Of a stretch of 64,000 bases of DNA, positions 1 to 8,824 are shown one piece after another (position 1 is the stretch's first letter; every line of letters starts with the position of its first letter). Location: positions 448,001 through 512,000 of the forward strand of contig OZ247587.1 in the NCBI GenBank assembly GCA_965233865.1. The letters run 5' to 3'. The DNA is from Candidatus Neptunichlamydia sp. GTDB taxonomy: Bacteria > Chlamydiota > Chlamydiia > Chlamydiales > Simkaniaceae. The position numbers and the translations under genes were made by a program. The notes under the pieces are model-generated. The model did not search any database. It was not told the DNA's origin and saw only the letters and a list, made by a program, of their open reading frames with translations.

Positions 1-382
1 CCATTGCAAACTCATCCATGTTGGTTTTACCGATAACGAGACCATCCTGTTCTTCAATCAAGCGGACTGCTGTTGCATCAAATGGAGCGACATAGTTCGA
101 TAAGAATTTGGAGCCACACGTGGTGATTTCTTTTTTAATCTGGATGTTGTCTTTGATAGCAATAGGGACCCCAGCTAATTTTCCAACAGGAGCACCAGTT
201 GCGCGCTTCACATCGAGTTCTTTAGCTTTTGCCATAGCGCGGTCCAAGAAAACATTTAAGAATGATTCGAGGTCTGAATCCAGTGTTTGAATGCGTTGAA
301 AATAATAGGATGTGATTTCAGAGGCAGTAAGCTCACCTTTTATGAAGGCGTCATGAAGTTCTAGAGCAGATTTACGATACAT
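1..382 (-). CDS. gatA: Asp/Glu-tRNA amidotransferase subunit A (5' part; runs off window)
   Basis: Minus-strand translation from ATG at 382 gives MYRKSALELH...GKLAGVPIAIKDNI...TTCGSKFL...YVAPFDATAVRL...GKTNMDEFAM (amidase signature). It lies directly downstream of gatC. Confidence 0.95.
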   Translation of the reverse strand, partial: MYRKSALELHDAFIKGELTASEITSYYFQRIQTLDSDLESFLNVFLDRAMAKAKELDVKRATGAPVGKLAGVPIAIKDNIQIKKEITTCGSKFLSNYVAPFDATAVRLIEEQDGLVIGKTNMDEFAM

Positions 383-388
383 GGTTAC

Positions 389-685
389 TCAAAATTTAAT
401 GACAGTTGGAACGCGGATCATCCCACCAACGTGAGAGGGACTATTATCGAGGAATGTTTTTCTATCAAGAGATTGATCTGGCTCATCTTTTCGCGCAACC
501 GACTCTATTTCGTCACTGACATAGTTGCACACAGGAACACCCTCGGTATCAACCTCTTCCATTTGGTCGATATAACCCAATATAGATTGGAGATTACTAA
601 GAAGAGTTTCTAACTCTTCTTCGCTGCAGTTAATCCGACACAGCTTGGTCAGATCGATGAGTGTTTCTTTATCTAATTTTGTCAC
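389..685 (-). CDS. gatC: Asp/Glu-tRNA amidotransferase subunit C
   Basis: 98 aa with LQSILGYIDQMEEVDTEGV and C-terminal GGMIRVPTVI; upstream of gatA. Confidence 0.95.
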   Translation of the reverse strand: MTKLDKETLIDLTKLCRINCSEEELETLLSNLQSILGYIDQMEEVDTEGVPVCNYVSDEIESVARKDEPDQSLDRKTFLDNSPSHVGGMIRVPTVIKF

Positions 686-720
686 AATGCAAAGTTGTAA
701 TTGAATTCTTCTATAAAGTC

Positions 721-754
721 AACAACGGAAGCTCCCTAAAGAACTTCCGTTGTT
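721..754 (-). terminator. Hairpin, probable terminator of the 775-2349 gene
   Basis: AACAACGGAAG (721-731) and CTTCCGTTGTT (744-754) form a perfect 11-bp inverted repeat 20 nt past the stop codon. Confidence 0.55.
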
Positions 755-774
755 ATGAAAAAAGGTTTCAATCA

Positions 775-2349
775 TTAGTAGTGATTTTGGTTTCCCAGTC
801 CCCAATTGCATTCAGGGAAGGGTGTTCCATTAGGGATGGTGGTGAAATCATGTAGGACAATATTGTTAACAGGGGTTTCTAGTTCTCCTCTTAAACTTTT
901 GAACAAAGGCTGCATTAAAAAGCCAAAGCTATTCCTTTGGTTTTTATGGCTAAAGCTCAAAAAATCAAGGAAATTGTCAAGATGCCAGTTTCCAAAAAAA
1001 CGTCCCTCATTTGAGTCAAAACCCGTACTAAACACATAGTAGATTCTTGTCCGAAGGAAGTTAGAAACGCTAGGGGTAACCCATGAGACTGGAGTGGCAG
1101 TCACATAATACTCGGCTTTTTCAACATTTTCGGTTGTACTAAACGTCGAGGTGAGCTTTAAGCGTTTATTGCTTTCAGGTTGAGAAGCAATAACTTTTTG
1201 AATTCTCTTTGAAACATAAGGGGGGCGTACTTCAATTGCTCCACCTTCAACAACCTGTCCCTGCATGTATTTTTCTCCTCCAGTTCGAAAAAAGGTGTAC
1301 AGACCGGAAACTTCAGAAGTTCCCTTAATATTGGAGATTTTTCCAGGTCCTTTTACAAATGGAACCCCTCTAAAGTTTTTTCCCAGGCTTAGCACCAAAT
1401 CATAAATAGCGCTTTGATTGTGCTCTGCAGGATCTGGTAATACAGAATGGTTTTGATAGATTGATTCTACAAGGCGTTTATCTGCCATTTTTAAATAGAC
1501 TGCATCAAGCAATGGATGATTAACATCGCTGCGCCATTCTGGGGCTAAATAAGAGGGTCCCTCAGATGGAAAATTTGCTGGGGGAAGTACTCCAATGTCA
1601 TCTGGCTTTTGACTGCGCAGGTCTGTCCTCATGGGGAATCGCCCTAGGTTACAAAATGCCATGTTTTTTTGATCTAGACCTAGATAGACAGCTATTCTCA
1701 CGTCAGAGTAAGGGTTCTTTGGAAGATCCTCAGACGCGTTGTATTTGTATTGATCAAGGGTATTGATGATTAGCTGTAAGCTTTCTTCTTCAAGGTTCTT
1801 TGGGTCAATTGTAATTCCTCGTACCAAGTACTTTATTTTGCCAGAAGGGTCAGACATTTCATTCAAAAATGAAACCCAAGCGAGCTTTTGCTTTAAATTT
1901 CGGAACTCTCCAAGAGGTCTTTCGATTCTTAGCCAAGTAGCAGCGTACCCAAAAATTCGGTCCGTCCAAGATTGATCTCCGATATCAAACGCTTTTGTAT
2001 CAAAAACCGCTTCGATTTCTGCATATAGACTTAGTTGCAACGCCCAGTAGTAGAAATTGTCATCACGAGTGGCATCGTAGTTTTCAGTATTAAAAAAATC
2101 AAATTCAGCAGGATTTAGAATTTTGACAAGAACGCGTCTTGTATTGTAGGTTTTTGCAAATTTAACCTTATCTTCGAATAGCTTCTGTAGTTTATTGGTT
2201 TTCTCTTCTTGAGAAAGCCCGTCAAACTTCATTCCTGAATAGTCTGTCCAAACACTAAAATTGAAACGCTTAAGGGGATTCGCCTCAGCACCTGCGGTCA
2301 GCGCAAGAGCTAGACAAATCATTGAAATTAATGATTTAAATGTTTTCAT
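775..2349 (-). CDS. Hypothetical secreted protein (524 aa)
   Basis: Long ORF with a signal peptide (MKTFKSLISMICLALALTAGAEA); no family recognised. Confidence 0.8.
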   Translation of the reverse strand: MKTFKSLISMICLALALTAGAEANPLKRFNFSVWTDYSGMKFDGLSQEEKTNKLQKLFEDKVKFAKTYNTRRVLVKILNPAEFDFFNTENYDATRDDNFYYWALQLSLYAEIEAVFDTKAFDIGDQSWTDRIFGYAATWLRIERPLGEFRNLKQKLAWVSFLNEMSDPSGKIKYLVRGITIDPKNLEEESLQLIINTLDQYKYNASEDLPKNPYSDVRIAVYLGLDQKNMAFCNLGRFPMRTDLRSQKPDDIGVLPPANFPSEGPSYLAPEWRSDVNHPLLDAVYLKMADKRLVESIYQNHSVLPDPAEHNQSAIYDLVLSLGKNFRGVPFVKGPGKISNIKGTSEVSGLYTFFRTGGEKYMQGQVVEGGAIEVRPPYVSKRIQKVIASQPESNKRLKLTSTFSTTENVEKAEYYVTATPVSWVTPSVSNFLRTRIYYVFSTGFDSNEGRFFGNWHLDNFLDFLSFSHKNQRNSFGFLMQPLFKSLRGELETPVNNIVLHDFTTIPNGTPFPECNWGLGNQNHY

Positions 2350-2548
2350 AAGCTGTTATCTGCTCCTTCTTGTTTGTTTGAGGCTGTTGAAAAAGTCCAC
2401 TCCTATATCCTTTGCTCTCTTTTCGGAAAAATCATCATAAAATATGTAGAAAACGACATTCTTAATAGTCCTGTTAGGGAATTTCTTCCAAGTGAATGAA
2501 AAACCTTATTTGTCATTCCATTAAACGTCAAAACATTTTTTACAAATC

Positions 2549-2603
2549 ATGAGCCTACCCCTACAACCAACTTCCGGTAAATTGGTTGTAGGGGTAGGTT
2601 CAT
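2549..2603. repeat. 22-bp inverted repeat with 11-nt loop
   Basis: ATGAGCCTACCCCTACAACCAA (2549-2570) and TTGGTTGTAGGGGTAGGTTCAT (2582-2603) pair at 21/22, and the mismatch is a G-U pair. Confidence 0.9.
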
Positions 2604-2673
2604 CTGAGAAATAGCTAGCAAAATTATTTTTTTTTAGATACATTAAAATTGAATAGGATAGGAGGTATCACCT

Positions 2674-2898
2674 ATGAAGATAATTAACCTTATTGCACTG
2701 GTTCTTATTCTGGTAGGAGCCATTAATTGGGGTCTCTGGGGTTTTTTTCAGTTTGACCTAATCGCATGGCTTTTTGGAGGCGATGCCTCTTGGTTTTCTC
2801 GCTTAGCTTACGCTATCATTGGGATTGCAGGAATCTGGGGCTTTAGCTTTCTAGGGAAATGCAAGACTCTATGTTGCAGCTCCTGTAAGAAAGATTAA
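2674..2898 (+). CDS. DUF378 family small membrane protein
   Basis: LILVGAINWGLWGFFQFDLIAWLFG motif; GGAGG RBS. Confidence 0.9.
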   Translation: MKIINLIALVLILVGAINWGLWGFFQFDLIAWLFGGDASWFSRLAYAIIGIAGIWGFSFLGKCKTLCCSSCKKD

Positions 2899-2904
2899 TC
2901 ACAT

Positions 2905-2936
2905 AAATCGCAAGATATTCATAGCTTGCGATTTTT
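2905..2936 (+). terminator. Rho-independent terminator
   Basis: AAATCGCAAG...CTTGCGATTTTT immediately after the DUF378 stop codon. Confidence 0.7.
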
Positions 2937-3009
2937 ACTTTAAACCTTGAGTTAATCTATATTAATATCTATACTTTCCGTAAAAACATTAACACAAGGA
3001 TGGCATAAC

Positions 3010-3519
3010 ATGAGAGATTATTTTTTAAATGTCCGGGGTGCTTATAGGCAGCCGATCGAACAATTCTTTAACAGCGTAAAATCTAGTTCAGCCGTTAAAA
3101 AATCCGACAGCGATGTACATGACCTTGGAATGAATACTCTGAAACTCTGTGCGCTTCCATTCCTTACAGCATCCGCATATATTATCGGGAAGGTTGCTTA
3201 TACCAGGCAGTTTTCTTACAAAGGGCTTCTTTTAGCAGGCACAACATTTTCAATAGGTCACGACCTGTCAAAAATAGGTGATGTTTATGACAAAGAATTT
3301 TTCATCTGCCAAAAAAAGGATAAAAAACCAGACGTTCTGATAGATGCTCTTACTTGGATTATTCCAAAGTTTATAAGTACTGAGAGTGCTAATGAAGATA
3401 CTGCTGAGAGTGCTAATGAAAATCAGGGGAATAGTATTAAGTCCAAGGTAACTGAAGCTCTTGATGGGACTATTGCTGAAAACATCGAACTTGTTGTAAC
3501 TGATTTTATTTTGGGATAA
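3010..3519 (+). CDS. Hypothetical protein with two hydrophobic stretches (possible Inc-like effector)
   Basis: 169-aa ORF with AAGGA RBS and an internal 24-nt-period repeat encoding ESANEDTAESANEN. Confidence 0.65.
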   Translation: MRDYFLNVRGAYRQPIEQFFNSVKSSSAVKKSDSDVHDLGMNTLKLCALPFLTASAYIIGKVAYTRQFSYKGLLLAGTTFSIGHDLSKIGDVYDKEFFICQKKDKKPDVLIDALTWIIPKFISTESANEDTAESANENQGNSIKSKVTEALDGTIAENIELVVTDFILG

Positions 3520-3792
3520 AGAATCATTTTGCATTAAATTCTAGGATCTTGTAGCAATTTCCAGTGTAATAACAAGGTCCTATGCTTGAAAAGACAAAGA
3601 TTGCCATTCGGTTTAAAATTCTAAACCTTTTCTGGGTTAAGCTAGTTCTGCAGTATGATGCGCATAAAGACAATGAATCATTTTCCTGAGTGCGTCGTGC
3701 GCATTCGAGTTGGGCCTAAGCGTCTTTGTGAGAGTGGTTATAATTTTCATTACCCAAACTTCTGCCAACCTCTAGAGCATGTAACATAACTC

Positions 3793-3821
3793 TTGCATCA
3801 ATTTTTTTTGTGTTGTACACT
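3793..3821 (+). promoter_or_regulatory. sigma66/sigma70-type promoter of the brnQ leader
   Basis: TTGCAT (3793-3798), 17-bp spacer, TACACT (3816-3821). Confidence 0.6.
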
Positions 3822-3831
3822 CTGCGGTACT

Positions 3832-3891
3832 ATGGAAACAATAAAAAACATACACCTTATTTCCTCTCGAGTAATTATTGTGCGCCCCTAG
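3832..3891 (+). CDS. Candidate branched-chain amino acid leader peptide METIKNIHLISSRVIIVRP
   Basis: 19-codon uORF with 8 Ile/Val/Leu codons including VIIV; the stop codon lies in a GC hairpin (3879-3898); 63 nt upstream of brnQ. Confidence 0.65.
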   Translation: METIKNIHLISSRVIIVRP

Positions 3892-3954
3892 GCGCATATA
3901 AATCCCCCCCCATCCAGAATATAGTACTATTAATTCGAAAATTAAGGAAAAAAA

Positions 3955-5100
3955 GTGAATAAATTAAAAAGCACATCATTATCAACAGGCCTTGCAATGT
4001 TCTCCATGTTTTTCGGAGCAGGAAATATTACATTCCCTCTGATTATTGGGCAGACTGTTGAAGGGGGATTGATATGGGCGCTACTCGGTCTTGTTTTGAC
4101 AGCTATATTGATTCCATTTAGTGGTTTATTATCTATCAGTCTCTATGAAGGAGACTATGAAAGTTTCTTCAGCCGGATTGGCAAAGGACCCGGCCTTTTT
4201 GTCATCATACTTTTGCTTGCTATGATTGGTCCTTTCGGGGGAATTCCCCGTTGTATTACGCTGACCTATTCAACTCTTAAAGTCTATTTCAGTGGGATGC
4301 ACCTCCTAACCTTTAGCTTACTTAGCTGCTTGATTGTCTTCCTCTTCTCCTGGAAAAAGAACAGAATCTTAGACCTTATCGGTTACGTTTTATCTCCTAT
4401 ACTAGTCCTCTTTCTGCTCGTGATCATCATCAAAGGAATATTCTTTTCAAATTCAGATCCTGTGGGATCGTCTCATGTAGCGCATCCTTTCTTTTATGGG
4501 CTAAGAGAAGGATATAATACTATGGATCTTCTAGCGGCCTTCTTTTTCTCCTCTCTTATTTATAACAAACTTAAGGAGCAGCAAGGGGAGCGAAAAAACG
4601 TTTTAATCCCCGTATTTAAGGCGAGCCTGATTGGTGCAGGTCTTTTGAGTATGATCTATATTGGGTTTAGCTACGTTGCGGCCTACCATAGTATAGCCCT
4701 TGATGGCACTGGGGCTGACCAACTTCTTGGCCGTATTGGTCAAATCGTTTTAGGGCAACATGCAGGCCTTGTTGTGTGCATGTCGATTGCACTAACTTGT
4801 TTAACTACAGCAATTGCATTAACGGTTGTTTGTGCTGAGTTTTTGCAAAGGCGCATCACAAAGGGACGCTTGTCATATGAGTGGTCACTTGTGGCAATTT
4901 TGGTTGTAACCGTTCTTGTTTCAACACTCAAATTCACGGGGATTGTTAAACTCTTGGCTCCTGTTTTGGAAGTTGTTTATCCCTCAATGCTGGTTCTTTG
5001 TGTGATGAATGTTTTTCATAAGCTCTTGAACTATCAACCAGTTAAAGTTCCAGTTTTTGTTACACTTTTCTTAGTGCTCTATTTCCAGTACTTTGTATAA
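3955..5100 (+). CDS. brnQ: Branched-chain amino acid transport system II carrier protein
   Basis: GLAMFSMFFGAGNITFP, IGPFGGIPR, GYNTMDLLAAFFF and LTCLTTAIAL motifs. Confidence 0.95.
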   Translation: MNKLKSTSLSTGLAMFSMFFGAGNITFPLIIGQTVEGGLIWALLGLVLTAILIPFSGLLSISLYEGDYESFFSRIGKGPGLFVIILLLAMIGPFGGIPRCITLTYSTLKVYFSGMHLLTFSLLSCLIVFLFSWKKNRILDLIGYVLSPILVLFLLVIIIKGIFFSNSDPVGSSHVAHPFFYGLREGYNTMDLLAAFFFSSLIYNKLKEQQGERKNVLIPVFKASLIGAGLLSMIYIGFSYVAAYHSIALDGTGADQLLGRIGQIVLGQHAGLVVCMSIALTCLTTAIALTVVCAEFLQRRITKGRLSYEWSLVAILVVTVLVSTLKFTGIVKLLAPVLEVVYPSMLVLCVMNVFHKLLNYQPVKVPVFVTLFLVLYFQYFV

Positions 5101-5386
5101 ATAGTCATCATTTTTCAACTCTCGATGTTCTCTTCGGAAACTGCAATTACAGAACAAATGTTACACTACCCTTTGTCAAAATCTAAGTGGCCTAGAAGGA
5201 GGACGTAAGAGAGTATTCAAACTCTCTTAGATTTGCCTTCCGTGGAGCTACTAGTGCCCTTTATTGCTATATGTGGAAAATATTTCCTCTTGTGTAATTA
5301 ATTTTTTCAATCTAGATTTAAAGATGAGGGCGGCAAATTGAGCAGGGAACTTGATTTTTTGCCTTTCATCAATAGGAGGAGGGGAA

Positions 5387-6019
5387 ATGAAAGAGAAATT
5401 AGGACTTAATCCTTGGCTCAGTATCTGGGTTAAGCCTAGAGAGACAATACGAGCGCTAGTCGATTATAATGTAAATTTTCGCTTTATTGTGATGTGTGCA
5501 ATTTATGGCATTTTGTATATGTTGCAAACAAGTCAGTTTTTGGCACTTGGGCGATCTTCGTCCTTGCTGGTTATTATTATCCTATCAGTAGTTTTAGCTA
5601 TTCCAGCAGGCTATATTGTTTTCAATATATCGAGCTTTTTTGCATTTCTGCTCGGAAAACTTATTAAGGGAAAGGGCTCATTTAAACAAGTCCGAACGGT
5701 AACTTATTGGTCCACAGTTCCTATGGTTGTGACGCTTTTGTTTTGGGTTTTTTGTATCATTATCAATGGCAACAGCTTGTTTGTTCCAGGCTACGAAAAA
5801 AGCCTCGTTGGATCAGCTGCGCTCATTAATCTTGTCATAGGCATTGCCCAGTTTGTTTTAGCGATCTGGGGATTGATTATTTATTTACATGCATTAGGGG
5901 AAGTGCAAGGGTTTTCAGTGTGGATGGCGCTGCTAAATGCTTTTTTAGCAGGGCTTTCGCTTTTTATCCTTATTTTCCTCGTTAGTTGGGGTGTTGCTAC
6001 TCTAACACACGTAACTTAA
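5387..6019 (+). CDS. YIP1 family membrane protein
   Basis: NPWLSIWVKPRETIR N-terminus and about 5 TM segments; ATG at 5387 follows GGAGG. Confidence 0.8.
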   Translation: MKEKLGLNPWLSIWVKPRETIRALVDYNVNFRFIVMCAIYGILYMLQTSQFLALGRSSSLLVIIILSVVLAIPAGYIVFNISSFFAFLLGKLIKGKGSFKQVRTVTYWSTVPMVVTLLFWVFCIIINGNSLFVPGYEKSLVGSAALINLVIGIAQFVLAIWGLIIYLHALGEVQGFSVWMALLNAFLAGLSLFILIFLVSWGVATLTHVT

Positions 6020-6045
6020 ACAAAAAGAAGTAGAGGGGGGAAAAG

Positions 6046-6639
6046 ATGCTGAGTTTGTTTAAAAAGAAGGCGTTTGCAGCGCTGGGAGCAATTTTACTAA
6101 CGGCAGGGGGCGGTCCTGCGCTTATTGGGGGAGCACCCGTGAAAATGGCTGTTCAGTCAAAGGCAACGATCCAAACCGCGGAGGGGTGGAAGAGATTTCA
6201 TTCTGTACATGGAAAATGTATGGTTTCCCTTCCTGAATCTCCTGAGCATGTAAAACAGATCATGCCTTTTCCTGAGGAAGGGTATAACCTCCGCTATGAT
6301 GTGTATGTTTCTGCACATGAAAAGAAAGCGATCTACATGATGCTTATTGCGCAGTATCCTCCGTTTATTAATGAGTCTCATGCCGAAATGAGTCTTGAAA
6401 GTTTTCTCAACGGGATGGTAACGCAAAACCATGACAATGAGCTGATATTTGCTGATTTAGTTGTTATTGATGGACATAAAGCGCTTGATTTCTTCATCCA
6501 GGCAAAAGGGACTTACTTTAAAGGGCGTGCTATTATGGCTGAAAATCATCTCTATCTTCTAGCAATGGAGTGCGAAGTAACGAACTACTTTGAAGCGAAT
6601 TTTGATCACTTTATTAACTCGTTTGAACTGGTTAAATAA
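6046..6639 (+). CDS. Hypothetical exported protein (possible PsbP/Mog1-like fold)
   Basis: Signal-like N-terminus, W-x-x-F-x-S...LPESP motif and C-terminal FINSFEL; paralogous to 31467-32108. Confidence 0.7.
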   Translation: MLSLFKKKAFAALGAILLTAGGGPALIGGAPVKMAVQSKATIQTAEGWKRFHSVHGKCMVSLPESPEHVKQIMPFPEEGYNLRYDVYVSAHEKKAIYMMLIAQYPPFINESHAEMSLESFLNGMVTQNHDNELIFADLVVIDGHKALDFFIQAKGTYFKGRAIMAENHLYLLAMECEVTNYFEANFDHFINSFELVK

Positions 6640-7121
6640 TGCAAAGTATTTTGGATTTGATCTATCTAACGCTCATACAACTTGTTGTAAATTGGATGGT
6701 TGTTGGAATCATGTGGTTTTTGCAAGTTGTTCATTACCCACTCTATCGGAAGATTAAGGAGGGGTTTGTAGAGTATGAGCGCGCCCACATTAGACGGGCA
6801 GCGTTTTTGATCGGTCCTATCATGCTTATCGAAGTGATTACTTCGATACTCCTTATTGGGATGTCAACAGAAGGGACTCTAAAGAAACTTGCGGGAGCCA
6901 ATCTGATCCTACTGATCTTGATTTGGCTCTCGACATTTCTCTTTCAACTAAATCAACATCAAAAGCTTAGCGTCTGTTTCTCTCTTAAAATTGTGCAGCG
7001 GCTTATCCACTGTAATTGGATCCGCACCCTTCTCTGGACCATTAAGGGCTTGGTTATGCTATTTTTCTGTTATCATCTCTTTCATTTAGGCACCATCGCT
7101 AGAAAATTCTTTAATATGTAG
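6639..7121 (+). CDS. Hypothetical membrane protein
   Basis: 4 TM segments with G-I-M-W-F-L-Q-V-V-H-Y-P and N-W-I-R-T motifs; translationally coupled to the upstream gene. Confidence 0.8.
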   Translation: MQSILDLIYLTLIQLVVNWMVVGIMWFLQVVHYPLYRKIKEGFVEYERAHIRRAAFLIGPIMLIEVITSILLIGMSTEGTLKKLAGANLILLILIWLSTFLFQLNQHQKLSVCFSLKIVQRLIHCNWIRTLLWTIKGLVMLFFCYHLFHLGTIARKFFNM

Positions 7122-7189
7122 CACCATTATTTTTGATAGCTGGTATACCGAGTGTATGCTATGTGAGGAAATAAGGGGAGCTTAATCTG

Positions 7190-8824
7190 ATGCATGATCC
7201 TGTCCTTCCAGATGTGAAAATGGTCAATATCAACCACCGAGAATCGTGGGAAGGAGCGATTTCACGTCATTTTCGCTCTCAATTTAAAGTAGGATCACTC
7301 AAAAATTTCTGCCTTTCGATCATTACCTTTGGCGTTTATCCTTACAAAAAATACAAGCAATCGAAGAGATCGGTTGCTCAAGCGCTTTCTGCTCGTAAGC
7401 TTTTTTTTTTTAGAGCACTTCAAGAACATATTGAAGAACGCCGTAAGGAGCAGACTCATCCTGATCCAAGACAATCCCTCAACGCAATTTTCATGGGTGT
7501 TCAATCTGAAAAAGTGGATGAAACAGAGGAAGCCCTAGAGTTTAAAGCGATCTATAATCCTAATGAACTCCTTCTATTTATCACCAATCCTATTCGCGAC
7601 AATCGTAGTATCCGGCTTCATCGTCACAAGTCACGTAAACATCTTGATTTCTTAAGGATATGGCATGAGCTCAAGAAAAAAGCGCGTATCAATCAATACC
7701 GGCAGATCCAAAATATCAACTACTGCAGCCGGACATTAAAGGAAGAATATTGCTTGGCTCCCTCTGGAATTCATGACCGACTAATCCGCACTTCTGTTTG
7801 TCGAAAAAGCATTTACCTCACAACCAAGTTTCGTGAGCTTGGAAAGGCTTTCCAAGAAGTTGTTCTTGCATATCAAGATTTTCATGAGCTAAAAGAAACG
7901 AATCCTGAGCTTTTTTACCTTCTTGAAACTCTTTCTAAAACCTCTAAAAAAGATATTAAAACCCTTCAAACCTATTTAGCTAGTAGGTATTTAACCCAGG
8001 ATCTTTCTCTAGCTAACCGTAGACAGTTAATTCAACTCGCAAATCAGCAAGAGGCCCTTTACCGTATGAGCGAGGAGGATCAGTTTGGCATATGTGCTCT
8101 GATTCTCAATAAATATCAGTGGGAATTTCTCCTCTCCATTCAAGAAGTTTCGCAAGTGACTTTAGGTCTTTTAGACTGGGCATTTGAAAAATGCCCCTCA
8201 GAAATTCAAAAGGAACTGTCTTTTATAGAACGCATTTATGAAGGGGTTGACAAGAAGGTAAATGATGATACCGAAGCATTTCCTACCTTTAATGAAAAGA
8301 TTTCTGAGGATGAGAGTCTTCGTTTTATGACAGTTGGTTTTGCAAAAGAACTTAATCGAGAGTGGCCTTCTCTCTACCTTTATGACCATGATAAACTCTT
8401 ATTTCACGCGGACAAAACCGATTCTTTTTCAATGGAAAAACTCATTGAGACTTACAAAGAAATGCAAAAATTATGTCCAGCAGACGAAAACCTTTTTTCT
8501 CTCCTACAGCAAGCATTTTCTCAAGTAGGAAGACAAGCCTTCCAATCTGCGATTGAGGATGGAGTGTTAAAGCTGCTAGGAGAAAAACCGCAATACTTTC
8601 TTCCGATCCTTTCTAATACTGATATCACAGTTGTTAAGGAAAACGAAACCTACCTTAAGTTGCGCTATACTTTTGAGCAGCTTATTACGAAAAAAGGAGA
8701 GGTTCAACATCCTTTTGAAATAGAAAAATATATGGTGATTACCCAGCCACTTATTAGAAAAAATGATAGGTGGTTCTCTCCTGAGGCACAGAAAAAAATT
8801 GCTGCGAAGAAGAGGTCTGAATGA
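7190..8824 (+). CDS. Hypothetical protein (544 aa)
   Basis: Long ORF with RBS and one N-terminal hydrophobic patch; no family recognised. Confidence 0.75.
   Translation: MHDPVLPDVKMVNINHRESWEGAISRHFRSQFKVGSLKNFCLSIITFGVYPYKKYKQSKRSVAQALSARKLFFFRALQEHIEERRKEQTHPDPRQSLNAIFMGVQSEKVDETEEALEFKAIYNPNELLLFITNPIRDNRSIRLHRHKSRKHLDFLRIWHELKKKARINQYRQIQNINYCSRTLKEEYCLAPSGIHDRLIRTSVCRKSIYLTTKFRELGKAFQEVVLAYQDFHELKETNPELFYLLETLSKTSKKDIKTLQTYLASRYLTQDLSLANRRQLIQLANQQEALYRMSEEDQFGICALILNKYQWEFLLSIQEVSQVTLGLLDWAFEKCPSEIQKELSFIERIYEGVDKKVNDDTEAFPTFNEKISEDESLRFMTVGFAKELNREWPSLYLYDHDKLLFHADKTDSFSMEKLIETYKEMQKLCPADENLFSLLQQAFSQVGRQAFQSAIEDGVLKLLGEKPQYFLPILSNTDITVVKENETYLKLRYTFEQLITKKGEVQHPFEIEKYMVITQPLIRKNDRWFSPEAQKKIAAKKRSE

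Noticed and set aside
3380..3420. GAGTGCTAA, the right half of a CIRCE element, occurring twice
   Set aside because: It lies inside a coding tandem repeat, has no TTAGCACTC left arm and is not upstream of a chaperone gene.
3541..3790. Several CTAG-initiated IS-end-like motifs, a short frame (KTKIAIRFKILNLF) reminiscent of IS5/IS903 C-termini, and an ATGCGCA/TGCGCAT inverted pair
   Set aside because: Too short and degenerate to call without a database search.
5206..5230. Hairpin TAAGAGAGT-ATTCAA-ACTCTCTTA downstream of brnQ
   Set aside because: A plausible terminator, but AT-rich, 100 nt from the stop and without a clear U-tract.
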